A program made the position numbers and the translations under genes. A stretch of DNA of 64,000 bases from Sphingobacteriales bacterium (GTDB lineage Bacteria; Bacteroidota; Bacteroidia; Chitinophagales; JADIYW01), in NCBI GenBank assembly GCA_016721245.1, contig JADKIQ010000020.1, positions 21,694-85,693 of the forward strand, read 5' to 3'. Below the pieces are notes generated by a model. That model did not search any database. It saw only the letters and a list, made by a program, of their open reading frames with translations, and had not been told where the DNA came from. Every line of letters begins with the position of its first letter. The first letter of the stretch is position 1. Positions 47,449 to 56,782 of this stretch are shown here, in pieces.

Positions 47449-50400
47449 ATGGCTTCAATGTTATATCATTTTAAAAAAATAATATTTGTATTTCTATTTA
47501 TTAATGTTACAGGTGTTTACTCGCAAATTGTAATCAATGAAGTAAACCATAGACCTACAGATGCAGCACCATGTCCAACAAACCCTACTACTGGAGCACC
47601 TACTTGTCAGGGTTTAGTAGGTACAGGCAGAGAGTTTGTTGAATTATATAATCCAACTTGTAATGCTTTTGATTTAAGTGGTTTTATTATTGCATCTAGA
47701 AGTGATGTAGTTGGTAATGATTACGGAGGAGCATTCAGATTTCCTGCAGGTGCATCAATTCCACCTAACGGGATTGTATCATTTGGTTCTGGCGATGCCG
47801 GTGCACCAGCAGTAACTTATGGATATAATGCTGCTCCCGCCGGAGATAAAAGAGTTGGACCCAAAGGATGGTTATTGCCAAATACAGAAGGTTGGGTTGC
47901 GTTATACAGACCCAATGGGACTTGCTACCAATTAGTATATTATGCAAGTTCTGGAGAAGGTACTGCCTGTATTACAAACGGAAGCTCAGAGTTCTTGCAG
48001 AATCCACTTGTACCAACAAATAGTGGTGCAATAACATTATTAAGTGCAAATGCAGTATTCACGAGTACACCAGCTGTTTGCCAATATATTGGTCCATATG
48101 CCAGTCCAAATTTATCAATGGCAAGAGTGCCTGATGGTGGAACCTGGCAAACAAACAGGGCAGCTACACCAACTGCATGTAATAGTACTTGTAATGTTAT
48201 TTCAACCATAAATTTTACGGCCTCTGTATCTCAACCAACTTGCGGAAATAATAATGGAAGTATTACTCTAAATGTTACATCAGCAGGCGCAGCAACATTT
48301 AGCTGGTCTCCTAATCCATCACCAACAAATACAACATCATCAACAACAGCTAATAATCTTTCAGCTACTAGCTATACAATAAGTGTCACTCAATCTGGTT
48401 GCACTAAAGATACAATCATTACATTAACTGCAACAGGTAAACCAAATGCAGGATCTGATCAAACGGGTGCCTGTGGTGGAACATCAGCTACATTAACGGG
48501 AACAGCACCAACTACCGGAACATGGTCGGCACAGTCAAGTAACCCAACCGGAGCTACGTTAGGTTCTACAGTTGGTGGCATTGCGTCGGTAGCATTTACT
48601 GCGAATGCAAGCGGAGTATATAACTTCATTTATTCATCGAGCGGATGTACAGATACTATGAATATTACTGTTAATCCTAAACCAAATGCAGGATCTGATC
48701 AAACGAATGTCTGTGCAGGAACTTCTGCAACCTTAACCGGAACAAATCCAACAACTGGTACATGGACTGCACAAACCGGAAATCCTGCCGGAGCTACTTT
48801 AGGTTCTACAGCTGGTGGCATTGCTGCGGTAGTATATGCAACAAGTTCAAGTGGAGTTTACAATTTTATTTATACCGCTAATGGATGTTCCGATACAATG
48901 AATATTACAGTAACTGCCAAACCGAATGCAGGCATTGATCAAACGGTCAATTGTTTTATCACAGGCACAGCTACGATGGCCGGCAGTGGAACTGGAACCT
49001 GGTCTTTTGCTACGGGAAATGCCGGTACAGCAACAATTACAACACTTAATAGCGCCACCACAACGGTTACAAATTTTAGTACATCCGGAACCTATAATTT
49101 AGTATGGACAAACAATGGCTGTAGTGATACAGCACGAATCACCGTAAATAATAGTTGTGCATGTCCGATAACGAATAATAATTTAACAGCACCGGTATCA
49201 CCCAACTGTGCACCATACAATGGAACAACGATAAATGGAAGTACGGCAACACCTGCAGGCGGAACCTACACGTGGCAATACAGCAATGGCGGCGGATTTG
49301 CCAATGCAAGTGGAACGAATAATACCGAAGATTATACAACAGGAGTATTGCCATCAAACACCCATCAATTCAGAAGAATATATACCACCACCAGTGGTAT
49401 CATTTGTTCTGATACGAGCAATGTGGTAACAATAGTGGTAAACGCCAAACCGAATGCAGGCATAGATCAAACGGTCAATTGTTTTATTACAGGCACAGCA
49501 ACGATGGCGGGCAGCGGAGCAGGTAGCTGGTCATTTGCTACGGGAAATGCCGGTACAGCAACAATTACAACACTTAATAGTGCCACCACAACAGTTACAA
49601 ATTTTAGTACATCCGGAACCTATAATTTAGTATGGACAAACAATGGGTGTAGTGATACAGCACGAATCACCGTAAATAATAGTTGTGCATGTCCGATAAC
49701 GAATAATAATTTAACAGCACCGGTATCGCCCAATTGTGCACCATACAATGGAACAACGATAAATGGAAGTACGGCAACACCTGCAGGCGGAACCTACACA
49801 TGGCAATACAGCAATGGCGGCGGATTTGCCAATGCAAGTGGAACGAATAATACAGAAGATTATACAACAGGTGTATTGCCATCAAACACCCATCAATTCA
49901 GAAGAATATACACCACAACCAGTGGAATCATTTGTTCTGATACGAGCAATGTGGTAACAATACTGGTAAACGCCAAACCGAATGCAGGCATTGATCAAAC
50001 GGTCAATTGTTTTATCACAGGCACAGCAACGATGGCCGGCAGTGGAACAGGAACCTGGTCTTTTGCTACAGGAAATGCTGGTACAGCAAGTATTACATCA
50101 ATAAATAGTCCGACAACAACAGTTACAAATTTTAGTACATCCGGAACCTATAATTTAGTATGGACAAACAATGGCTGCAGTGATACAGCACGAATCACCG
50201 TAAATAATAGTTGTGCTTGCCCGATAACGAATAATAATTTAACAGCACCGGTATCGCCCAACTGTGCACCATACAATGGCACTACCATAAATGGAAGTGC
50301 GGCAACACCTGCAGGCGGAACCTACACGTGGCAATACAGCAATGGCGGAGGATTTGCAAATGCAAGTGGAACGAACAATACCGAAGATTATACAACAGGT

Positions 50401-53400
50401 GTATTGCCATCAAACACCCATCAATTCAGAAGAATATATACCACCACCAGTGGAATCATTTGTTCTGATACGAGCAATGTGGTAACAATACTGGTAAACG
50501 CCAAACCCAATGCAGGCATTGATCAAACGGTCAATTGTTTTATCACAGGCACAGCAACGATGGCGGGCAGCGGAACTGGAACCTGGTCTTTTGCTACAGG
50601 AAATGCAGGTACAGCAACTATTACATCAACCAATAGCGCAACAACAACGGTTACCAATTTTAGTGCATCCGGAACCTATAATTTAGTATGGACAAACAAT
50701 GGCTGTAGTGATACAGCACGAATCACAGTAAATAATAGTTGTGCTTGCCCGATAACGAATAATAATTTAACAGCACCGGTATCGCCCAATTGTGCACCCT
50801 ACAATGGAACAACGATAAATGGAAGTGCGGCAACGCCAGCAGGAGGAACCTACACATGGCAATACAGCAATGGCGGCGGATTTGCCAATGCAAGTGGAAC
50901 GAACAATACAGAAGATTATGCAACAGGTGTATTGCCATCAAACACCCATCAATTCAGAAGAATATATACCACAACCAGTGGGATTATTTGTTCTGATACG
51001 AGCAATGTGGTAACGATAGTGGTAAACGCCAAACCCAATGCAGGCATTGATCAAACGGTCAATTGTTTTATTACAGGCACAGCAACGATGGCGGGCAGCG
51101 GAGCAGGTAGCTGGTCATTTGCTACGGGAAATGCCGGTACAGCAACAATTACAACACTTAATAGCGCCACCACAACGGTTACAAATTTTAGTACATCCGG
51201 AACCTATAATTTAGTATGGACAAACAATGGCTGTAGTGATACAGCACGAATCACCGTAAATAATAGTTGTGCTTGCCCGATAACGAATAATAATTTAACA
51301 GCACCGGTATCACCCAACTGTGCACCATACAATGGAACAACGATAAATGGAAGTACGGCAACACCTGCAGGCGGAACCTACACATGGCAATACAGCAATG
51401 GCGGCGGATTTGCCAATGCAAGTGGAACGAACAATACCGAAGATTATACAACAGGAGTATTGCCATCAAACACCCATCAATTCAGAAGAATATACACCAC
51501 AACCAGTGGGATTATTTGTTCTGATACGAGCAATGTGGTAACGATAGTGGTAAACGCCAAACCCAATGCAGGCATTGATCAAACGGTCAATTGTTTTATT
51601 ACAGGCACAGCAACGATGGCCGGCAGTGGAACTGGAACATGGTCTTTTGCTACAGGAAATGCAGGTACAGCAAGTATTACATCAATAAATAGTCCGACAA
51701 CAACAGTTACCAATTTTAGTGCATCCGGAACCTATAATTTAGTATGGACAAACAATGGCTGTAGTGATACAGCACGAATCACAGTAAATAATAGTTGTGC
51801 TTGCCCGATAACGAATAATAATTTAACAGCACCGGTATCGCCCAATTGTGCACCCTACAATGGAACAACGATAAATGGAAGTGCGGCAACGCCAGCAGGA
51901 GGAACCTACACATGGCAATACAGCAATGGCGGCGGATTTGCCAATGCAAGTGGAACGAACAATACAGAAGATTATGCAACAGGTGTATTGCCATCAAACA
52001 CCCATCAATTCAGAAGAATATATACCACCACCAGTGGAATCATTTGTTCTGATACAAGTAATGTGGTAACGATAGTGGTAAACGCCAAACCGAATGCTAA
52101 TGCAGGTTTAAATAAAGTATTAACATGTACCAATCCGACTGTTACTTTGGATGGTTCAAGCACAACAACCGGTGTTAGTTATTCCTGGACAGGTCCTGGA
52201 ATTGTAAGTGGTGGAAGTATTGCTACTCCTGTTGTAAATGCATCAGGAACTTATACATTGACCGTAACCGTAAATTCAACAAATTGTCAGCAAACAGATA
52301 ATGTTGATGTGACAAGCAACGGCGCATTACCAAATGCAGATGCAGGTTTAAATAAAGTGATAACGTGTACAAATCCAACCGTTATTTTAGACGGTTCAAG
52401 TACAACATCGGGTGTGAGTTATGCATGGACAGGTCCGGGAGTCGTTAGTGGAGGTGCTACTGCAAAACCAACTGTAAATGCTGCAGGTGCATATACATTA
52501 ACAGTAACAATTACAGCAACTGGTTGTCAGCAAACCGATGTTGTTAATGTAACCAATAACACCACATTACCCAATGCAAATGCAGGCTCAGATAAAATAT
52601 TAACATGTATTTTAACAGATGTGCTATTAGATGGAAGCAGTACAACATCGGGTGTGAGTTATGCATGGACAGGCCCCGGAATTGTGAGCGGAGGTGCTAC
52701 AGCAACACCCGATGTAAATAAATCAGGAATATATACATTGACTGTAACGAATCCTGTTTCCGGATGTAAAAATACAGATCAGGTAGAGGTATTTAATAAC
52801 GGAACATTACCAAATGCTGATGCAGGTTTAGATAAGGAGCTAACATGTACAAAAACCTCAGTAATATTAGATGGTAGCAGTACAACAACAGGTGTTACAT
52901 ATACCTGGATTGGGCCGGGCATCCTAAGTGGCGCAAGTTCTGCTACTCCGACAGTAAATACCACAGGAACCTACACCGTAACAGTTACAGAAACAGCCAC
53001 AGGTTGTAAAAAAACAGATCAGGTATTAGTTACGAAAAATACTGCATTACCAAACATAAATGCTGGAAATCCTAAAGAATTAACATGTACAGCTACTACT
53101 GTTTTATTAAATGGCTCATCATCCACAATCAGTGCAAACCCGAGTTGGGCAGGCCCAGGAATTATTAATGGTCAGTCTACTTTTACACCAACAATAAATA
53201 CCAGTGGTACATATACATTAACAATGACCGATACCATAAACGGGTGTGTTGCATCTGCTTCAGTTTTAGTTACTACGGATACTTTGCCACCGGTCTTAAC
53301 AATTATCTCTAGTAAGAATCCGGCAGAATATAATGAAATTATTAACCTGACATTAAACAGTAATGCTACTATTTCTGCTGTTCAGTGGCAGCCTGCAGCT

Positions 53401-53805
53401 TTGGTAAGTGATTCTTTAGCAACGCAAGTAAGCGCACAAATAAGCAGCCCGACAACATTTATCGTGAACGCTACTGATAGCAAAGGATGTTCAGGTACGA
53501 CTTCTTTATTTGTGAATCTCTTTAATGTAGATTGCATATATGTTCCAAATACATTTACACCTGATGCAAACGGAAAAAATGAAGTATTCAAACCCTTAGG
53601 CTCAAAATTAAAAACAATAAGCATATTCAGGATTTTTGACAGGTGGGGGAATATGGTTTTTGAAACAACAGATGTTAGTCAGGGGTGGGATGGTACCTAT
53701 AAAGGGAAATTATTAGAACCCGGTGTATATGTATATTACATAGAAGGAACTTGTATTACCAATAACAAAGAAATTATAAAAGGTGATGTTACGCTTATTC
53801 GTTAA
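47449..53805 (+). CDS. giant T9SS cargo protein with N-terminal lamin-tail domain, tandem repeats and a type B (gliding-motility-associated, CHU_C-like) C-terminal domain
   Basis: Has a signal peptide and LTD motifs (VINEVNHRP...GREFVELYNPT). Two diverged ~80-aa modules are followed by six near-identical 176-aa units and then ~81-aa modules (LTCTNPTV.LDGSSTT.GVSY.WTGPG). The C-terminus is CIYVPNTFTPDANGKNEVFKPLG..FRIFDRWGNMVFET..GWDGTYKGK..PGVYVYYIEG. Confidence 0.9.
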   Translation: MASMLYHFKKIIFVFLFINVTGVYSQIVINEVNHRPTDAAPCPTNPTTGAPTCQGLVGTGREFVELYNPTCNAFDLSGFIIASRSDVVGNDYGGAFRFPAGASIPPNGIVSFGSGDAGAPAVTYGYNAAPAGDKRVGPKGWLLPNTEGWVALYRPNGTCYQLVYYASSGEGTACITNGSSEFLQNPLVPTNSGAITLLSANAVFTSTPAVCQYIGPYASPNLSMARVPDGGTWQTNRAATPTACNSTCNVISTINFTASVSQPTCGNNNGSITLNVTSAGAATFSWSPNPSPTNTTSSTTANNLSATSYTISVTQSGCTKDTIITLTATGKPNAGSDQTGACGGTSATLTGTAPTTGTWSAQSSNPTGATLGSTVGGIASVAFTANASGVYNFIYSSSGCTDTMNITVNPKPNAGSDQTNVCAGTSATLTGTNPTTGTWTAQTGNPAGATLGSTAGGIAAVVYATSSSGVYNFIYTANGCSDTMNITVTAKPNAGIDQTVNCFITGTATMAGSGTGTWSFATGNAGTATITTLNSATTTVTNFSTSGTYNLVWTNNGCSDTARITVNNSCACPITNNNLTAPVSPNCAPYNGTTINGSTATPAGGTYTWQYSNGGGFANASGTNNTEDYTTGVLPSNTHQFRRIYTTTSGIICSDTSNVVTIVVNAKPNAGIDQTVNCFITGTATMAGSGAGSWSFATGNAGTATITTLNSATTTVTNFSTSGTYNLVWTNNGCSDTARITVNNSCACPITNNNLTAPVSPNCAPYNGTTINGSTATPAGGTYTWQYSNGGGFANASGTNNTEDYTTGVLPSNTHQFRRIYTTTSGIICSDTSNVVTILVNAKPNAGIDQTVNCFITGTATMAGSGTGTWSFATGNAGTASITSINSPTTTVTNFSTSGTYNLVWTNNGCSDTARITVNNSCACPITNNNLTAPVSPNCAPYNGTTINGSAATPAGGTYTWQYSNGGGFANASGTNNTEDYTTGVLPSNTHQFRRIYTTTSGIICSDTSNVVTILVNAKPNAGIDQTVNCFITGTATMAGSGTGTWSFATGNAGTATITSTNSATTTVTNFSASGTYNLVWTNNGCSDTARITVNNSCACPITNNNLTAPVSPNCAPYNGTTINGSAATPAGGTYTWQYSNGGGFANASGTNNTEDYATGVLPSNTHQFRRIYTTTSGIICSDTSNVVTIVVNAKPNAGIDQTVNCFITGTATMAGSGAGSWSFATGNAGTATITTLNSATTTVTNFSTSGTYNLVWTNNGCSDTARITVNNSCACPITNNNLTAPVSPNCAPYNGTTINGSTATPAGGTYTWQYSNGGGFANASGTNNTEDYTTGVLPSNTHQFRRIYTTTSGIICSDTSNVVTIVVNAKPNAGIDQTVNCFITGTATMAGSGTGTWSFATGNAGTASITSINSPTTTVTNFSASGTYNLVWTNNGCSDTARITVNNSCACPITNNNLTAPVSPNCAPYNGTTINGSAATPAGGTYTWQYSNGGGFANASGTNNTEDYATGVLPSNTHQFRRIYTTTSGIICSDTSNVVTIVVNAKPNANAGLNKVLTCTNPTVTLDGSSTTTGVSYSWTGPGIVSGGSIATPVVNASGTYTLTVTVNSTNCQQTDNVDVTSNGALPNADAGLNKVITCTNPTVILDGSSTTSGVSYAWTGPGVVSGGATAKPTVNAAGAYTLTVTITATGCQQTDVVNVTNNTTLPNANAGSDKILTCILTDVLLDGSSTTSGVSYAWTGPGIVSGGATATPDVNKSGIYTLTVTNPVSGCKNTDQVEVFNNGTLPNADAGLDKELTCTKTSVILDGSSTTTGVTYTWIGPGILSGASSATPTVNTTGTYTVTVTETATGCKKTDQVLVTKNTALPNINAGNPKELTCTATTVLLNGSSSTISANPSWAGPGIINGQSTFTPTINTSGTYTLTMTDTINGCVASASVLVTTDTLPPVLTIISSKNPAEYNEIINLTLNSNATISAVQWQPAALVSDSLATQVSAQISSPTTFIVNATDSKGCSGTTSLFVNLFNVDCIYVPNTFTPDANGKNEVFKPLGSKLKTISIFRIFDRWGNMVFETTDVSQGWDGTYKGKLLEPGVYVYYIEGTCITNNKEIIKGDVTLIR
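48916..52097 (+). repeat. six tandem copies of a 528-bp (176-aa) coding unit, above 95 percent identical, mosaic
   Basis: The anchor GCCAAACC(G/C)AATGC recurs at 48916, 49444, 49972, 50500, 51028, 51556 and 52084, spaced exactly 528 bp apart. Shadow ORFs in the track recur with the same period. Confidence 0.95.
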
Positions 53806-54826
53806 AATAATTTGTAGTTTGGTTTTTATCCAGACAATACAAGCACAGGAAGTTCATTTCTCTGCCATTCGTCAAATTCCGTATTTCTTTAACCCGGCAT
53901 ATACTGGATTTATAGAACAGGATGTTCGTGCCGGTTTAATCTATAGAAATCAGTCACCCACTTATTCCAAAGCATTCAATACCCTTGGATATGGAGCAGA
54001 TTTTTCTGTGTTAAAGCAAAAAACAAATAATAATTCCATTATAGGTGTGGGAATCAACGGCTATTATGACAGATCAGGATCACTGAATTTTACAGATAAT
54101 TCTTTCACAGCAAATTTCAGTTATATCCAGGCATTAGATAAGCGTCAGCGATTTTATTTATCTTTTGGAATTCAGGCAGGATATGCACTCAGAAAAATTG
54201 ATATTTCCAAAGCAACTTTTGAAGATGGTTTTAATGGTAATGATGGTTTTACACCAACAGCAGGTTCTGATTTAGTTCCGGTATTGTCAAGAAATAATCA
54301 TGTAAAATTAGGGGCAGGATTTATAGCATTTTTTAATATCAGCAAAAATATAAATTTTCACATTGGAGCTGCCGGATATGATTTAGCAGTACAAAATTTA
54401 TCTTTTAATGAAAATAGTACCGTAAAACAAAAACCAAGAATTATTGCCAATTTCGGTCTGGAAGCAAAAATTAAACAAGTATCTATTTTGCCCTATTTTT
54501 TAATGCAGATGAAAATGCCGGAAAAGGAAATTGTTTTCGGCTCTATGGTGAAATACAGTTCCGATAATAATCAATTTAATTTTAATGAAAATAACTACAG
54601 TATAGGCGGCGGCGTAGGTTACAGATATTTAGATGCATTGATTTTATCAGCACAGGCAGGGTATAAAAATTTTACACTGAATTTTTCTTACGATGTGAAT
54701 ATTTCAAAGCTGTCAAAAGCAACCAGAACCGTTGGAGCACTGGAAGTCTCTTTAATCTATCAAAACTCATTCATAAAATCAAAAAAGAAAGGAAAAGCCC
54801 TGGCTTGTCCAAAAATGTCTTTCTAA
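53786..54826 (+). CDS. PorP/SprF-family type IX secretion outer-membrane protein
   Basis: Signal peptide, then the QEVHFSAIRQIPYFFNPAYTGF start typical of PorP/SprF, with beta-barrel-like alternating sequence. It overlaps the 3' end of the type B CTD gene, which is the canonical pairing. Confidence 0.85.
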   Translation: MLRLFVKIICSLVFIQTIQAQEVHFSAIRQIPYFFNPAYTGFIEQDVRAGLIYRNQSPTYSKAFNTLGYGADFSVLKQKTNNNSIIGVGINGYYDRSGSLNFTDNSFTANFSYIQALDKRQRFYLSFGIQAGYALRKIDISKATFEDGFNGNDGFTPTAGSDLVPVLSRNNHVKLGAGFIAFFNISKNINFHIGAAGYDLAVQNLSFNENSTVKQKPRIIANFGLEAKIKQVSILPYFLMQMKMPEKEIVFGSMVKYSSDNNQFNFNENNYSIGGGVGYRYLDALILSAQAGYKNFTLNFSYDVNISKLSKATRTVGALEVSLIYQNSFIKSKKKGKALACPKMSF

Positions 54827-54887
54827 CATTTTACAGGTTTGTTTAAAACTAAAATCTTCCGGAGTTTCAAAACCTTTAAGGTTTTCT

Positions 54888-54895
54888 TACATTTG
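54888..54895 (+). promoter_or_regulatory. candidate -7 promoter box TACATTTG upstream of dnaX
   Basis: Exact TAnnTTTG match ending 7 nt before the dnaX ATG. Confidence 0.35.
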
Positions 54896-54902
54896 TCTCA
54901 CA

Positions 54903-56042
54903 ATGGAAAATTTCATCGTTTCAGCCCGTAAGTACCGCCCGTCCAAGTTTTTGGATGTGGTAGGACAGGAGCAGGTGTCTGAAACCCTGAAAAAAGCATT
55001 GTCCTCCGGAAAACTGGCACAATCGTTTTTATTTTGCGGACCACGTGGCGTTGGTAAAACTACCTGCGCGCGTATTCTGGCAAAAGCTATCAATTGCGAA
55101 AACCCGGGTGCTGATTTTGAACCCTGCGGTCAGTGTAATTCATGTACAGCATTTAACCAGAATGCGTCATTCAATATTTTTGAACTGGATGCCGCATCCA
55201 ACAACAGTGTAGACGATATCCGAACACTCGTAGATCAGGTTCGTTTTGCCCCGCAAAGCGGAAAATACAAGGTGTATATTATAGATGAGGTTCATATGTT
55301 GTCATCAGGTGCATTTAACGCCTTTTTGAAAACACTGGAAGAGCCGCCAAGCTATGCTATTTTTATTCTGGCCACGACAGAAAAACACAAAATCATTCCA
55401 ACAATTTTATCGCGTTGTCAGATATTTGATTTTAAAAGAATTTCTGATAAGGATATTGTAAAACAATTACAAAAAATCTGTGAGAGTGAAGGTGTGGCAG
55501 CAGAACCGTCTGCATTACATGTGATTGCGCAGAAAGCGGACGGAGGTTTGCGGGATGCACTTTCTTTGTTTGATAAGATTGTAAGTTATGCCGGTAAAAA
55601 AGTCACCTATCACGATGTTATCACCAATTTAAATATTCTTGATCACGATTATTATTTTAAAATCACGGAATATTTTATGCTGGAAGATTCTTCTTCCGTA
55701 CTTAATGCTTTCAATGAAATTATCAATAACGGTTTTGACGGAGAGATGTTTTTGTTAGGAATGGCGGAGCATTTCAGAAATCTGCTGATTAGCAAGGATG
55801 AAAGAACGGTGCAGCTTTTAGAAGCGGCAGATGATATCAAAGATAAATATTTCAAACAGGCAAATCTGGTGAATGAAACTTTCTTGCTGAATGCATTGAA
55901 TGTGATTAATCAATGTGACATAGAATATAAAACAGCCAAAAATAAACGCTTACACGTAGAATTAGCGTTGTTGAAAGTTTGTTTCCTCAACACGCAAATT
56001 GAAAATACACTTTCTGTGATTTTGGGTGAAAAAAAAAACTAA
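54903..56042 (+). CDS. dnaX: DNA polymerase III subunit gamma/tau, zero-frame product (domains I-III, gamma-like, 379 aa)
   Basis: Contains the Walker A motif GPRGVGKTT, a zinc module CGQCNSC, DEVHML and the sensor SRCQ. The ORF stops at TAA immediately after an A10 run. Confidence 0.95.
   Translation: MENFIVSARKYRPSKFLDVVGQEQVSETLKKALSSGKLAQSFLFCGPRGVGKTTCARILAKAINCENPGADFEPCGQCNSCTAFNQNASFNIFELDAASNNSVDDIRTLVDQVRFAPQSGKYKVYIIDEVHMLSSGAFNAFLKTLEEPPSYAIFILATTEKHKIIPTILSRCQIFDFKRISDKDIVKQLQKICESEGVAAEPSALHVIAQKADGGLRDALSLFDKIVSYAGKKVTYHDVITNLNILDHDYYFKITEYFMLEDSSSVLNAFNEIINNGFDGEMFLLGMAEHFRNLLISKDERTVQLLEAADDIKDKYFKQANLVNETFLLNALNVINQCDIEYKTAKNKRLHVELALLKVCFLNTQIENTLSVILGEKKN
56029..56042 (+). 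promoter_or_regulatory. A10 slippery tract plus zero-frame TAA at the dnaX gamma/tau junction (candidate -1 frameshift or transcriptional slippage site)
   Basis: The local sequence is ggTGAAAAAAAAAACTAA. The -1 frame has TGA at 56027-56029 and is open from 56030 to 56740. The zero frame stops at 56040-56042. Confidence 0.5.
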
Positions 56043-56740
56043 AATCACTACTACAGTTTTACCATAATAAAAAACATCCCGTTCCTGAAAATATTCAGCT
56101 TACGGAAGAGAGTTTGTATTTTTCTTCGATAGAATCAACAGAAATAGCTAAAAAGGTATCTGAACCTGAACATGTTGTAACTCCTTCACAGGTTGTAAAA
56201 GTTGAAATAAAAGAAGAAGTTGTTGAAGAAAAAATTGCACAGGAAAATCTCACGACTCATGACTCACGACTCACAACTGTAAAGCCTAAACGTGAATTGC
56301 CAAAGTCGTCTTCACTTGGTTCTATGTTTAAGGAAATTCACAAAGAAGTGGTTACCGTTCAGGATGATAATAAGGTAGAACTTACAGAGGAGAACTTACA
56401 ATCAATATGGGAGAATTTTTTAAGTGAGCATAAAGACAAATTACAAAATGCATTTTTAAGTGCAGCACAGAATCAGATTCCAAAACTGGATGAAGATAAA
56501 GTTGTTTTTACAGCAAGTAATAATGTTTCACTGGAAATGCTGCAATTGCATAAAATGGATATTACTTCTTATTTTAGAAAAGCTACAACATCCACCACTG
56601 TAGTGCCTTTTTTTAAACTACAAAAAGACGAATCTCAGACTAAAAATTATAAAACATCAAAAGACAGATTAAAGGATATGATTGAATCAAATGTGGCTGT
56701 TTTAAAGTTGATAGAAAAATTTGATTTAAATATGGACTGA
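56039..56740 (+). CDS. dnaX: tau-specific C-terminal part of DnaX in the -1 frame (not an independent gene)
   Basis: This frame is open continuously from the A-run. The track ORF 56114..56740 is its distal part. The C-terminal region (..LQSIWENFL..IPKLDEDKVVFTASNNVSLEMLQ..MIESNVAVLKLIEKFDLNMD) resembles the conserved C-terminus of full-length Bacteroidota DnaX. Confidence 0.7.
   Translation, partial: LKSLLQFYHNKKHPVPENIQLTEESLYFSSIESTEIAKKVSEPEHVVTPSQVVKVEIKEEVVEEKIAQENLTTHDSRLTTVKPKRELPKSSSLGSMFKEIHKEVVTVQDDNKVELTEENLQSIWENFLSEHKDKLQNAFLSAAQNQIPKLDEDKVVFTASNNVSLEMLQLHKMDITSYFRKATTSTTVVPFFKLQKDESQTKNYKTSKDRLKDMIESNVAVLKLIEKFDLNMD
56249..56278 (+). repeat. degenerate heptamer array (CTCACGA CTCATGA CTCACGA CTCACAA CT), in-frame in the dnaX tau linker (LTTHDSRLTT)
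   Basis: Read directly from the sequence. It has the same 30-bp length, boundaries and register as the pheT and aroA copies. Confidence 0.9.
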
Positions 56741-56782
56741 TGAATAAGTGAACTTGTTTTATCATTTTGTCGTTATACAGCT

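Noticed and set aside
49139-52069. Periodic 64-72 aa ORFs on both strands at 528-bp spacing (49139, 49235, 49667, 49763, 50291, 50723, 50819, 51251, 51347, 51779, 51875).
   Set aside because: They are shadow ORFs generated by the tandem coding repeat of the giant gene. Their periodicity reflects the repeat, not separate genes.
48916-52097. The regularly spaced repeats could be taken for a CRISPR array.
   Set aside because: The units are 528 bp long and directly abutting with no unique spacers. They lie in one continuous 2118-aa reading frame, and there are no cas genes.
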